DNA from: an uncultured Acidobacteriota bacterium
Lineage (GTDB): Bacteria; Acidobacteriota; Thermoanaerobaculia; Multivoradales; UBA5704
Length of the DNA stretch: 64,000 nucleotides
Direction of reading: 5' to 3'
NCBI GenBank assembly: GCA_963761805.1
Contig: CAVXIV010000014.1
Coordinates: 362,692-426,691, forward strand
In this document: in pieces, positions 1 through 10,260 of the stretch
How positions within the stretch are numbered: the stretch's first letter is position 1
How the letters are laid out: each line of letters begins with the position of its first letter
Made by a program: the position numbers and the translations under genes
Notes under the pieces: generated by a model
What the model was told of the DNA's origin: nothing
The model's input: the letters and a program-made list of their open reading frames with translations, nothing else
The model's database searches: none

Positions 1-3000
1 CTCGCTGAAGCGGACGACCACGACGGTGTTGAGGGGCAGGTCCACGCTGCCGGCCTCGGGACTGATCTCCACGACCTTCGGGTTGGTGTCGTCGAGCACG
101 ATCGTGCCCAGATCGAGCACCTGGCCGTTGGTGGCCAGGCTGCCGCGGACCTCCCGCATGCCGGGGCCGAAATTCTCTTGGAAGACCAGCAGGAAGCTGG
201 CCAGCGGCACCGACGGGAAGGTGAACGCCCCCGCCTCGTCCGTGAAGGTGGTGAGAGTGCGCCCGGCGATCTGCAAGGCCGCCAGCGCGTTGACCGCCGG
301 CGTCGTGCCGTCCGCCAGGACAGCCACGCCGGTGATCGTGCCGGAGCTCTGCAATTGCAGGTTGATCTGTACGATCTCGCCGTCGGTGCTGACCACGCCG
401 CTGGCCGAGCCCTTGAGCCCGGTGGCGGGATCGGTGGCGTAGGCCGACACACGGCCCTCGCCGATGTCCTGGAAGAGAGCGGAGTTGTCCGTGCCGGTGT
501 CGGCGAAAAGGCGTTTGAAGCCGTAGAAGCCTTCCGCGTTCAGCTCGAGCTGGGCCGCCGGGACCGGCGCGCCGAAGCTGTTGAAGACGTCCACCTTGAC
601 GGAGCCGATCGGCCGCATGCGGATGTCCATCCGCACCGGCCCTTCTTCCCTGAGGTAGCCGGTGATCTCGCCCCGGTGCGGTCCGCCCACCTCCTCCGTC
701 CGCATGCGGAACCACTCGTTGAGGATGATGCCGGGGAACTCGTAGTCGCTGCTCAGCGTCGCGCCGACGATCTGCCCGGTCTGATAGATCAGCGTGTTGG
801 CGTTGGGGAACGTGCCGTCGGGATCGCCGATCGGGTTGAGGACGCTGCCGACGATCGTCCCCTGGCGGTCCAGGAAGAGGTCGACGGTGACCGTCTGCCC
901 CTCAGTGACGATCTCCCCCTTGCCGGAAGCGCGGCGGCGGCCGCCCGGCTCGCGGGTCGTCAGGTCGAACTTGCCCTGCGGAATGCCGAGGAACGAGAAG
1001 GAACCGTCGGCGCCGGTGCTGCTGTAGGTCGTGAAGCCGCGGATGGAATGCGCGCCGAGCTGGATCGTGGCGCCCGGCACGCCCAGGGTAGTCCCCGGCT
1101 CGTAGAGATGGCCGTCGACCGTGCCGCGGGCCTCCAGTTGGACGTTCGCCGCCAGCTCCTGGTTGTTGACGCCCAGGTACTTGGAGCCGCTGCGGCCGAA
1201 GCGGCCCGTGCGCGGATCGAAGGCGATGACCTCGTACCAACCCAGAGGCAGGAGGTTGAGCTCGAACCGCCCCTCGGCGTCGGCGTTGATGGTGTCGAAA
1301 AGCCAGCCGTTGCGCAGCAGGCGCACCTCGGCCGAAGCCACGACCGAGCCTTCCGCGACGGGAGGCGCCGGCGGCAGCGTCACCTGGCCGACGAGCTTGC
1401 CGGTGGCCTCCAGGAAGATGGTGACGCCGGCCACCTCCTCGCCTTCGGCCTTGATCTCGACCGTCGTCTTGCCGCCTAGACCGCCCAGCGACGGCGCGCG
1501 GGCGGAGAGCGTGACCAGGCCCGCGAAGATGTTGTTGAGCTCGAAGGATCCCTCGGCGTCGGCGTTGACCACCAGCGCGCGGCGGGGATAGACGTTCTCC
1601 TGCAGCGTCACCACCGCGCCTGGGACCACCACGCCGTTGGCATCCGCTACCCGTCCGGAGATCGAGCCCTGCTTGGGCAGCACGATCTCCACGTCGAGGT
1701 CCTGCCCGCGCTGGTTGTAGCGCACCCAGATCTGGGACTTGCGGAAGACCGTTCCGTCCTCATAGACCACGTCGATCGGGAACGCGTTGATGATCGGCGG
1801 CACCAGCTCGAATTTGAACCTGCCCTCGGCGTCGGTGGTCAGGTCGTAGCCGCTGAAATTGGGATGGCGCAGCAGGACCTCGGCCCCCTGCACCGGGGTG
1901 ACGCCGTCGTGGTTCAGCACCACGCCGCTGATGTTGCCGGTGAGGTCGGCCTCGAAGACGAAGTCATGGGGCAGCACGTCGCCGTGGTTGACGATGTCGC
2001 CGCGCACCGTGCGGCTGCCGTAGAAGGAGTTGGTGACGGTGAGGACGTACGGCCCCGCCAGCGCCTCCGGGATCTCGAAGTTGCCGTTGGCGTCGGTGGT
2101 GATGTTGTGCGACTCGAGGTCGAGCCCCACCAGCTCCAGGCGCACCGCCGTGGTGCGGTAGGTGACGACAGCGGTGACCCCGATGACATTGCCAGGAGCC
2201 GTCTCCGCCTTCACCGTGCCGCGGATGGTCCCCTTCTTGAACCGGATGGTGACGAACGGGGTGTCGCCCACGAAGCGGATCGTCGCCACCGCCTTGCCGC
2301 CGGCCGTCCCCTTGAAGGCGTGCACCTCGTAGGCGCCGGTCCCGAGGTCGGGGATGGCGAAGCGGCCGGTGGAGTCGCTGTGAGCGGTGCGGTACCAGTG
2401 CTGGTCGCCCGCCGCCAGGTGGACGGTGGCGCCGAACACCGGGCTGCCGTCGAAGCCCAGCACCTCGCCGGCGATGCCGGAGACGGTGGAGCTGGCGTCC
2501 TGGAAGTAGAAGTTCTTCTCGACGATCTGGCCTTCGGCGCCGATCGTCACCGCCTGGGAGAGCTTGGCCTTCTTCTCCAGGTCCGCCACCGAGATGTTGC
2601 GCGTGCCGGCGAACACGCCTTCCAGCGTGTAGCGGCCCTGCGCGTCGGTGACCGTCTTGAACGGCGTTCCTTCGGCCCAGACGATGGCGCCGGACAGCGG
2701 CACGTTGGAGCCGTTGACCTTGCGGTAGACAAAGCCGGTGACCACGCCGCGCTCCTCGCGCATCACGAGGTCGACGACGTTGACGCGGTCCGGCAGCAGC
2801 TCGAAGAAGACCTGGACACCCGACTGGCCCGTCTCCCCCTCGAAGGTCTCGATCTCGGCGTGGCCCGCGGGCGCCTGGCCGAAGTCATAGGTGCCATCGG
2901 CGTTGCTGCGCCGCGTACCGATGAGGCTGCCGTTGACGTAGAGGGCCACGTACGCCCCGGCCACCGGGGTCGTGCCGTCAGGCCGCAGGATCTTGCCGCG

Positions 3001-6000
3001 GATCTCGCCATTGGTCGGCGGTGTCTCGGGCTGGCGCAGGATCACCAGGTTGTGCTCGGCCACCGCGCCGGCGGCCGGCACCTCGATGGTCTGCACCACG
3101 AAGCGCCCCTGGCCGTCGCTGGCCGACAGCGTGATGGTGCCCACCGGCACGTCGGCGATCGAGAAGTTGCCGTTGGCGTCGATGCTCGCCGCCCGGGCCT
3201 CGCGGAAGACCGGGCTCTCGGCGATCACCCGCGCCTCCTCCGGCACCGAGCCGTTCTCGTAGGTGACACGTCCGCGCACCGTGCCGCGGCCCAGCATCAG
3301 CACGTCCAGCCGCACCGTCTGGCCGACGAAACGGACGCGTCCCGTGGCCGTGCCGCTGTGGCCGTTGGAGGCGTCCGTGGCCTTGAGCTGGTAGATGTCG
3401 CTGCAATCCGTCTGCCGAACGTAGTCGAAGAGGAAGTTGCCGCCGGCGTCCGCGCGCACCACCGCCGTCTTGTGGGTGCGGCAGCTCTCCTCGCAGAAAA
3501 GGCACGTGTCGCTCTCACGCAGCTCGATCTCGGCGAACGGCACCGGCTTGCCGTCCGGCCCGAAGACCGTGCCCTCCACCACCGTGCCGGGCATGGCGTT
3601 GCCGGGAATCGCGACCTCGACCGTGGTCGCCGTCACCTGCTCGCCCAGCGGGTTCTTCACCCCCTTGACCGTCAGGTTCTGGGGCGTATACGGGCTCAGG
3701 GGATTGTTGAAGATCACCCGCACGATGCGCGTGTTGCGCAGTCCCTCGAACGGGTTCTCCACCGAGCGGCCCGCGCGGTTGATAGTGTCCTGCTCGCCCT
3801 GCACCAGGCCGCCGTTCGAGACCTTGCCCGGGATGGTGAACCGCGTCGGATCCTGCGGCGCCAGGGACGAGGGATCGACGTCCGTCGTGAACAGCACCTC
3901 CACCACGTGGCCGGTGGGATCGACCTCGGTGTTCTGCACCGCCGCGAGGGCCTGGAACGGCCGCCGCGTCAGCGTCTCGACGTCGCCGGGGATCTGGTCG
4001 TCCACCACGCCGTCCCCCTGGCTGTCCACCATGAGGACGAACGACGAGGCGGCGGCGCTGAATTCGGCCGTGGCCACGCCGCCCGCCGAAAGGGAGACGC
4101 CGGTCCAGCGCACCATGCGCAGCGCGCCGTCGGCGCCCGGCGCCAGCAGGTGCAGCGCGGCGGAGACGCTCTGCCCCGCCCGCACGGTCGCCCGGTACCC
4201 GCCCTCCTCCGGCACGGCCAGCAGCGCCATTTGCGCGCCGCCCAGCGAGTAGAGGTCGGCGAACGGCAGCTCGCGCACCCGGTCGGCGGCCAGCCCGCCG
4301 CCGGAGAGGCGCTGCCCGCCGGTGCGGCTGGAGACCTCCAGGGTCACCCCCTGCCCCACCGCCAGCGCGCCCTGCATCACCGGCAGGTAGCCGGTGGTCT
4401 TCGCGAAGCGGTCGAAGGCGGCCCTGGGCGAGGTCGCGGATGCCTCCGCCGCGAAGATCGATCCCAGCGAGGCGCCGACGCGCGCCCCCTTCTGGGTGGT
4501 CCGGCGCAGCAGGTCCCACTCCCACTCGGCGTCCCGCGCTCCCGTCCACTCGGCCGCGAGTTGGGCGGCGCTGTCGAACAGCTCCTCGCCGAGCTGCGTG
4601 TGCCGGCCCGCCTGGGCGATCTGGTAGACGCGCACGTCTACCGTCGACCGCGACACCCGGGGCAGGTCGGACCGCAGCAGCGAGGGGGGCGCGGTGGCGA
4701 GGGAGAAGCCGAGGCCCAGCAGGTTGAGCGAATCGCGGATCAGCCCCGGCGGCAGCGAGTCGGCCGCGCGGGGCAGGATGATGGCGTTGGGCGACAGCGG
4801 GATGCCGTTCTCCCCCACGCCCACCGTCAGCTCGAAGGCCGGGGTGATGGACGACGGCGCCCGCGCCGCCGTGGAAGTCACCCGGCCGGTGCGCTTGGGA
4901 TGCAGCCGGAAATCCACCACCTCGGCGTCGCCGGGCAGCACCGTCACCGTCTTCTCGTTCGGCCCCACCACCTCGACGCCCGACAATTTCTCCAGCGGCA
5001 GCCGGATCGTCATCAGGTTGGCCGGCGCGGTCCCCGTGTTGGTGACGGTGAGGAGCATGGAGTAGTCCTCGCCCTCCCTCACCACGTCGGGATGGGTGAT
5101 GGTGACGTTGAGCGTGGGATCGCGGACGATCACCGCGCCCTGGGCCTTGCCGGTGACCCGCCGCACCTGCCCGCCCGGGAGTCCCTGGAGAACACCCTCG
5201 AGGTCGAAGGAGACGATGTGCGTCCCCTCCTTCAGACCCTCCACCAGCACCTCGGCCTGGCCCGTGGCCTGCGCCACCAGGAAGGTCAGGTCGTCCCCCG
5301 TGCCCAGCTCACCGTCCGGCCCGGGCACGCGCACCGGCACCGGCACGCCCAGCGGCGTGGGCGGCTCGGTCCGCGCCTGGCGCAGGCCCGGCGGCAGCGT
5401 GACCTTGGCCGTCAGGTCGTGGATGCGCAGGGGATCGTTCGCCGGCGCGCCGTTCTGCGCCAACAGCACCACCGAGAAGAACTGGTGCAGCAGGCTGACG
5501 TCCGTCGGGAACAGGATCACGCCCGGAATGGGGATCACGTCGTCCCTGCTGCAATCCCCCTCCAGGGCCTCGCAGCCGCCGTAACTGTCGTCCCGGCTGG
5601 TCTCCTGGGAGTCGAGCTTGAGCTGGAACGGCGCCATGCGGGGCGGCGTGAAGCGCGACGAAGACGCGTGCCAACCCGGCAGGTCCCAGAACCCGATCAC
5701 CTGCTCCTTCGTGGGCCCGAAGTAGATGACGGGGACGTTGTAGTCGATGGTCTCGCCGGCCACGGCGAAGGCGAAGGTGAAGTTGAAGGCCTGGAAGCTG
5801 TCGTCGTCGACGACGATGCCGTAGCTACGGATCTCGTCCAGCGTCAGGGCGCGCGAGGTCACGCGGGTGATCAGCACCTGGGTGACCAGCACCGCCGCCG
5901 ACCGCGGCTCGGCGTAGGCCACCAGGTCCTCCCCCTCCACCAGCCGGATGTTGTCCAGCCGGTACTCGCCCTGGAGGCGCAGGCGGGGGATGCGGAAAGG

Positions 6001-6303
6001 CTGGTTCGGGACGGTCTCCAGCACCAGGATGCCGTCGATCTCGGGGCCGGTGAAGTCGGCGAGCACGCGCAGGTCCTTCGGCAGGACCCCGCGGCTGGCG
6101 TCATAGCCTTCCAGATGGGTTTCGACGATCGTGGGCGTGTCGTAGGGAACGGTCTGGCTCTCCGGCGACACCTTGAGCCGGCTGCCGGCGATCAGCAGTT
6201 GCGCGTTGGCGAGGTCGGCCGCGGCGGCCGGCCGGGGCGCGAGCGGCGCGACCAGCATTCCTACGAACAGCAGAACTCCCCACCGAGAGCGTTTCCCGAT
6301 CAT
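1..6303 (-). CDS. Giant secreted beta-sandwich repeat protein (>2,100 aa; 3' end lies beyond the window), Ig-like/carboxypeptidase-regulatory-like repeats
   Basis: ATG at 6303 is preceded by GGGAGAG. My translation gives the signal peptide MIGKRSRWGVLLFVGMLVAPLAPRPAAAADL. I translated about 2 kb by hand without stops. No ORF in this minus frame appears in the track, which fits one unterminated ORF reaching position 1. The + strand ORFs 178..1479 and 1864..6600 are antisense shadows. Confidence 0.8.
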   Translation of the reverse strand, partial: MIGKRSRWGVLLFVGMLVAPLAPRPAAAADLANAQLLIAGSRLKVSPESQTVPYDTPTIVETHLEGYDASRGVLPKDLRVLADFTGPEIDGILVLETVPNQPFRIPRLRLQGEYRLDNIRLVEGEDLVAYAEPRSAAVLVTQVLITRVTSRALTLDEIRSYGIVVDDDSFQAFNFTFAFAVAGETIDYNVPVIYFGPTKEQVIGFWDLPGWHASSSRFTPPRMAPFQLKLDSQETSRDDSYGGCEALEGDCSRDDVIPIPGVILFPTDVSLLHQFFSVVLLAQNGAPANDPLRIHDLTAKVTLPPGLRQARTEPPTPLGVPVPVRVPGPDGELGTGDDLTFLVAQATGQAEVLVEGLKEGTHIVSFDLEGVLQGLPGGQVRRVTGKAQGAVIVRDPTLNVTITHPDVVREGEDYSMLLTVTNTGTAPANLMTIRLPLEKLSGVEVVGPNEKTVTVLPGDAEVVDFRLHPKRTGRVTSTAARAPSSITPAFELTVGVGENGIPLSPNAIILPRAADSLPPGLIRDSLNLLGLGFSLATAPPSLLRSDLPRVSRSTVDVRVYQIAQAGRHTQLGEELFDSAAQLAAEWTGARDAEWEWDLLRRTTQKGARVGASLGSIFAAEASATSPRAAFDRFAKTTGYLPVMQGALAVGQGVTLEVSSRTGGQRLSGGGLAADRVRELPFADLYSLGGAQMALLAVPEEGGYRATVRAGQSVSAALHLLAPGADGALRMVRWTGVSLSAGGVATAEFSAAASSFVLMVDSQGDGVVDDQIPGDVETLTRRPFQALAAVQNTEVDPTGHVVEVLFTTDVDPSSLAPQDPTRFTIPGKVSNGGLVQGEQDTINRAGRSVENPFEGLRNTRIVRVIFNNPLSPYTPQNLTVKGVKNPLGEQVTATTVEVAIPGNAMPGTVVEGTVFGPDGKPVPFAEIELRESDTCLFCEESCRTHKTAVVRADAGGNFLFDYVRQTDCSDIYQLKATDASNGHSGTATGRVRFVGQTVRLDVLMLGRGTVRGRVTYENGSVPEEARVIAESPVFREARAASIDANGNFSIADVPVGTITLSASDGQGRFVVQTIEVPAAGAVAEHNLVILRQPETPPTNGEIRGKILRPDGTTPVAGAYVALYVNGSLIGTRRSNADGTYDFGQAPAGHAEIETFEGETGQSGVQVFFELLPDRVNVVDLVMREERGVVTGFVYRKVNGSNVPLSGAIVWAEGTPFKTVTDAQGRYTLEGVFAGTRNISVADLEKKAKLSQAVTIGAEGQIVEKNFYFQDASSTVSGIAGEVLGFDGSPVFGATVHLAAGDQHWYRTAHSDSTGRFAIPDLGTGAYEVHAFKGTAGGKAVATIRFVGDTPFVTIRFKKGTIRGTVKAETAPGNVIGVTAVVTYRTTAVRLELVGLDLESHNITTDANGNFEIPEALAGPYVLTVTNSFYGSRTVRGDIVNHGDVLPHDFVFEADLTGNISGVVLNHDGVTPVQGAEVLLRHPNFSGYDLTTDAEGRFKFELVPPIINAFPIDVVYEDGTVFRKSQIWVRYNQRGQDLDVEIVLPKQGSISGRVADANGVVVPGAVVTLQENVYPRRALVVNADAEGSFELNNIFAGLVTLSARAPSLGGLGGKTTVEIKAEGEEVAGVTIFLEATGKLVGQVTLPPAPPVAEGSVVASAEVRLLRNGWLFDTINADAEGRFELNLLPLGWYEVIAFDPRTGRFGRSGSKYLGVNNQELAANVQLEARGTVDGHLYEPGTTLGVPGATIQLGAHSIRGFTTYSSTGADGSFSFLGIPQGKFDLTTREPGGRRRASGKGEIVTEGQTVTVDLFLDRQGTIVGSVLNPIGDPDGTFPNANTLIYQTGQIVGATLSSDYEFPGIILNEWFRMRTEEVGGPHRGEITGYLREEGPVRMDIRMRPIGSVKVDVFNSFGAPVPAAQLELNAEGFYGFKRLFADTGTDNSALFQDIGEGRVSAYATDPATGLKGSASGVVSTDGEIVQINLQLQSSGTITGVAVLADGTTPAVNALAALQIAGRTLTTFTDEAGAFTFPSVPLASFLLVFQENFGPGMREVRGSLATNGQVLDLGTIVLDDTNPKVVEISPEAGSVDLPLNTVVVVRFSE

Positions 6304-6596
6304 GACTCTCCCATCGGAAAAGCATTCGCTACCTGTCTCGCGGACTCGCGAGCCAGGGGGCGGCCTTCCGGTCTCTACATCTATGCCGGGAGGTATATCA
6401 CGGGGTACGGAGGGATTTTTGAAGGATCTTGCCCTTCAGCGCTTCACTGGATGAGAGCTTTTCTGACTATAGGAATTGCTCCTTTTCAGCAGGAGATCGG
6501 CGCTTTATCGATCACGCAAGACACCCCACCTTTCCACGCTCCACAGCCATCCTTCGGGGTGGTTTGCGGCTCGGCTTTCAGCTCTACATTTCATGT

Positions 6597-8786
6597 ATGA
6601 CGACGCGAATCGACACCGGCCCCCAAACCATGCGTCTTGAAGTCTTCGATCCGCCTCTCTGCTGCCCGACCGGCGTCTGCGGCCCGAGCGTCGATCCGGA
6701 GTTGATCAGATTCAGCTCCGATCTCGCCTGGCTCTGCGAGCAGGGCGTCAGCGTCGAGCGGTTCAATCTGGCGCAGCAGCCGCAAGCCTTCGCGGCGAAT
6801 CCTCGCGTCGCGGGCCTCCTCGGCACGACCGGCGTCGCCGCGCTGCCCCTCGTGCTCTGCGCGGGCGACGTCGTCGCGAGCGGGACCTATCCCTCGCGCG
6901 AAGCGCTCGCCTCAGCCGCCGGTCTGCAAGCCGCCGCCCCCGCAGCCGGCACGCCCGCGGCTGCGCGTGATCCGGCGCAAGTGCGAGCCGGGCTCGGGGT
7001 GCTGCTGATGTCCACCCTGCCTTTTGAACCGACGCGCATCGTCTTCTTCACCGGCAAGGGCGGCGTCGGCAAGACCTCGCTCGCCTGCGCCATGGCCGTC
7101 GCGCTCGCCGACTCCGGCCGCCGCGTGCTCCTGGTCTCGACCGATCCCGCGTCCAACCTCGACGAGGTCCTGGGCGTTTCCCTGACCGGCACGCCCCAGC
7201 CGATCCCGGCCGCGCCCGGCCTCTTCGGCCTCAACATCAATCCCGAGGCCGCCGCACGCGAGTATCGGGAGCGGATCGTCGGCCCGCTGCGGGGTTCCAT
7301 GCCGGCCGCGGTCCTCTCCGCCATCGCAGAGCAGCTCTCCGGCGCCTGCACGACCGAGATCGCCGCCTTCGACGAGTTCACCCGGCTGCTCGGCGACCTC
7401 ACGGCCACCGCCTTCTTCGACCATGTGATCTTCGACACCGCGCCGACCGGGCACACGCTGCGCCTGCTCAAGCTGCCGGCCGCCTGGGAAGGGTTCCTCG
7501 CCACCAACACCTCGGGAACCTCGTGCCTGGGCCCGCTCTCCGGCCTCCAGGCGCAGCGCTCCACGTATCAGGCGAGCCTCTCGGCGCTCTCCGACGCCGC
7601 CGCCACCACCTTCGCCCTCGTCGCCCGTCCGGAGGCCGCGGCGCTGGCGGAAGCGGAGCGCACCCGGGCGGAGCTGGCCGCGATGGGCATCGCCAACCAG
7701 CGGCTGTTCGTCAACGGCGTGTTCACCGCGGCGAATCGCCGCGACGCCATCGCCCTGGCGCTCGAACGCCGCAGCGCCGAGGCCCTCGCGGAAATGCCGG
7801 ACGGCCTGGCCCGCCTGCCGCGGCACGAAGTCACGCTGCGAACCTGGGCGCCCCTCGGCGTCGAGCGTCTGCGGGCGCTGTTCGCCGCCACGGCTCCCGG
7901 CGATGCCGCCGCACCCGTGGACGCCGGCATCGTCCCTGCCGCTCCGCTGAGCACGCTCGTCGACGCCTGCGAGGCCGCCGGCCGCGGCGTCATCATGACC
8001 ATGGGGAAAGGCGGCGTCGGCAAGACGACGGTCGCGGCGGCCATCGCGGCCGAGCTCGGCCGCCGCGGGCATCCAGTGCACCTGACTACGACCGACCCGG
8101 CCGCGCACCTGCTCGCTACGATCGGACACTCGGTCCCGGGCCTGCGCGTGACCCGCATCGATCCGGCCGCCGAGACCGGCGCCTACGCCGCTGAAGTGAT
8201 GGCGACCTCCGGGGCCGGCCTCGACGAGCGCGGGCGCGAGCTGCTCGCGGAAGACCTGCGGTCCCCCTGTACCGAAGAGATCGCCGTGTTCCGGGCCTTC
8301 GCCCGCACCGTGGGCGAAGCGGCCCGCGGCTTCGTGGTCATCGACACCGCGCCGACGGGGCACACACTTCTCCTCCTCGACGCGGCCCAGGCCTACCACC
8401 GCGAAGTCGAGCGCACTCACGGCGACGCGCCGGACGACGTGCGCCAGTTGCTGCCTCGCCTCCGCGACCCTGGCTTCACCAGGATCCTCCTCGTCACCCT
8501 GCCGGAGGCCACCCCCGTCCACGAGGCGGCTGCCCTGCAGGACGACCTCCGGCGCGCGGGCATCGAGCCGTTCGCCTGGGTGGTGAATCAGAGCTTCGCC
8601 GCGACCGCAACCGCGGACCCGGTCCTCGCGGCCCGCGGCCGGCACGAGGGCCCCTACCTGGACGAGGTCCGCACCTCCTTGGCGCGTCAGACCGCCGTCG
8701 TCGCCTGGCAGGCGGAGCGGCCGGTCGGCGCAGCCGCGCTGCTGTCGCTCGCACAAGCCGGCGTCGCCGAGCCGGCGCTGAGATAA
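6597..8786 (+). CDS. arsA: ArsD metallochaperone domain fused in frame to ArsA arsenite-stimulated ATPase
   Basis: The N-terminus carries the ArsD signature MRLEVFDPPLCCPTGVCGPSVDPELIRF...ERFNLAQQP. An Ala/Pro-rich linker of about 40 aa follows. Then come two ArsA halves, each with GKGGVGKT and DTAPTGHTL(R/L)LL. There is no stop between the domains. An alternative start is ATG 6630. The listed ORF start at 6429 is upstream junk. Confidence 0.8.
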   Translation: MTTRIDTGPQTMRLEVFDPPLCCPTGVCGPSVDPELIRFSSDLAWLCEQGVSVERFNLAQQPQAFAANPRVAGLLGTTGVAALPLVLCAGDVVASGTYPSREALASAAGLQAAAPAAGTPAAARDPAQVRAGLGVLLMSTLPFEPTRIVFFTGKGGVGKTSLACAMAVALADSGRRVLLVSTDPASNLDEVLGVSLTGTPQPIPAAPGLFGLNINPEAAAREYRERIVGPLRGSMPAAVLSAIAEQLSGACTTEIAAFDEFTRLLGDLTATAFFDHVIFDTAPTGHTLRLLKLPAAWEGFLATNTSGTSCLGPLSGLQAQRSTYQASLSALSDAAATTFALVARPEAAALAEAERTRAELAAMGIANQRLFVNGVFTAANRRDAIALALERRSAEALAEMPDGLARLPRHEVTLRTWAPLGVERLRALFAATAPGDAAAPVDAGIVPAAPLSTLVDACEAAGRGVIMTMGKGGVGKTTVAAAIAAELGRRGHPVHLTTTDPAAHLLATIGHSVPGLRVTRIDPAAETGAYAAEVMATSGAGLDERGRELLAEDLRSPCTEEIAVFRAFARTVGEAARGFVVIDTAPTGHTLLLLDAAQAYHREVERTHGDAPDDVRQLLPRLRDPGFTRILLVTLPEATPVHEAAALQDDLRRAGIEPFAWVVNQSFAATATADPVLAARGRHEGPYLDEVRTSLARQTAVVAWQAERPVGAAALLSLAQAGVAEPALR

Positions 8787-8804
8787 CTTCTTTGGAAACG
8801 GGCC

Positions 8805-10166
8805 TCAGCAGGCGTTTGGCGTCACCTTGATCGCGAACGTCACGTCGAAGGCGCCGCGGTGGTCGCGCACCGTCCGGGACTGCGCCGTTCCTGGCACTAT
8901 GACGACGTGGACGACGCCCTGGGTGCGCGCCGGAACCAGCGTCGCGACGATCCTCTCGTCCGTGTTGCCGCAGATCCGCAGAGTCTTCGTGGCCTGGCGC
9001 CCGACGGTCGTGCGCGCGGAGCTGGTGAAGTCGCTGCGGAAGACCACGAAGGGCACGCTGGAGGGGGCTTCCGCTCCCGGTGTGGCCGAGATCTCCACCA
9101 GGTGCCGCCGGGCCGCGCCGCGTTGGCAGGGAGTGCCGGGGATGTGGGGCGTGTTCGTCCCGCTGTCCGTTCCGACCCACGTCCCCAGCAGGCGGCCGGA
9201 GGCCACGAGGGTTGGGTCCAGATCGCGGGAGAGATGCAGGAGCCGGCACCATTCATGCCGGGTCTGCAGCCGGGCGTGATGCCGGGCGTCGAACCAGTCG
9301 CCTCCCCCGTCGCCGTCGAGATTCATGCGTCCCGCGCCGTCGAAGTTCCGCGAGCTCGTATCCGAGCTGCGCGACTCACCGTGACGCAGGCAGACGTTCT
9401 CGGGAGTGGCGATGTCGCATTTGGCGCTGACCGGCGGACAGTGTTGGTCGCCTGGATGGCGAGGCGCCCCCGAGGTCATCAGGCCGCGAAACCGCCGTCC
9501 GTCGACAGCGACAGAGGGCGGGCGGGCCGCCTTGTCGCCAACTTGACCGCCGAAAATCCGCCGGTCCTGGACGATCGGCACCGCGGACGAGACGCGGCCG
9601 CTGGCGTCGGCGGGCAACCGGACGCTGACACCTTGCGGAGGATCGCCCTCGATGATGACGACGTCGTCGAACAGGACCGAATAGGCCGCCGGCTGCGGCC
9701 AGAACCCCAGCCCCGAGTCGAGGATACGGTTGCGGATCCCCAGCCCCTGAGGCGGCTTGGGGATCCAGTTCGAGTGCGAGTAGAAGTCCTGGAGGCCGTG
9801 CAGGATGTGGCCGAACAGGCGGGCGGCCCGGTTGGGATCGTTCGCCTGCGGCTCCCGCAGGGCGTCCACCACCTGCCTGTACCGCATGTTGATGTAGGCG
9901 GCGCTGTCGCGGAACCGGCAGTTATTCGCGTGACGCTCGGCCAGGTCGGCCTCGTCTCCCTCGTCCTCGTCGAGGTTGCCCGCGACGATCGTACCGAGGA
10001 CGCCGCCCGTCATGAAGGGAAACGCGTTGCGCGTGATCCGCTCATGGATATCACCGCCAAAGGCCGATGCCGGCCGGGTGTCCGCGACGATCGCCGCGAT
10101 GAGAGCCGCGCCGCCGAGAGCGGCAGCCAGCCAGAAGGTCCTGAACCTGCGCGGTTCGAGTTTCAT
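8805..10166 (-). CDS. Secreted HET-C-like domain protein
   Basis: Signal peptide (FWLAAALGGAALIAAIVADTRPASA). The motif GHILHGLQDFYSHSNW resembles the HET-C domain signature as I recall it. Confidence 0.55.
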   Translation of the reverse strand: MKLEPRRFRTFWLAAALGGAALIAAIVADTRPASAFGGDIHERITRNAFPFMTGGVLGTIVAGNLDEDEGDEADLAERHANNCRFRDSAAYINMRYRQVVDALREPQANDPNRAARLFGHILHGLQDFYSHSNWIPKPPQGLGIRNRILDSGLGFWPQPAAYSVLFDDVVIIEGDPPQGVSVRLPADASGRVSSAVPIVQDRRIFGGQVGDKAARPPSVAVDGRRFRGLMTSGAPRHPGDQHCPPVSAKCDIATPENVCLRHGESRSSDTSSRNFDGAGRMNLDGDGGGDWFDARHHARLQTRHEWCRLLHLSRDLDPTLVASGRLLGTWVGTDSGTNTPHIPGTPCQRGAARRHLVEISATPGAEAPSSVPFVVFRSDFTSSARTTVGRQATKTLRICGNTDERIVATLVPARTQGVVHVVIVPGTAQSRTVRDHRGAFDVTFAIKVTPNAC

Positions 10167-10260
10167 AGCCGCCTCCTGATAGACAGGCGAGCCAGGCGCG
10201 AAAGAGTTACAGCGGCGGGACCTTCACCCTCGGGAGCGATCCGCGTAGACTGAAGACCTC

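Noticed and set aside
178-6600. Long + strand ORFs (433 aa and 1,578 aa) covering the left 6.6 kb
   Set aside because: Their products are Arg/Gly/Ala/Asp/His-rich low-complexity strings typical of antisense frames in GC-rich DNA. The opposite strand encodes a coherent signal-peptide protein with an RBS at 6303.
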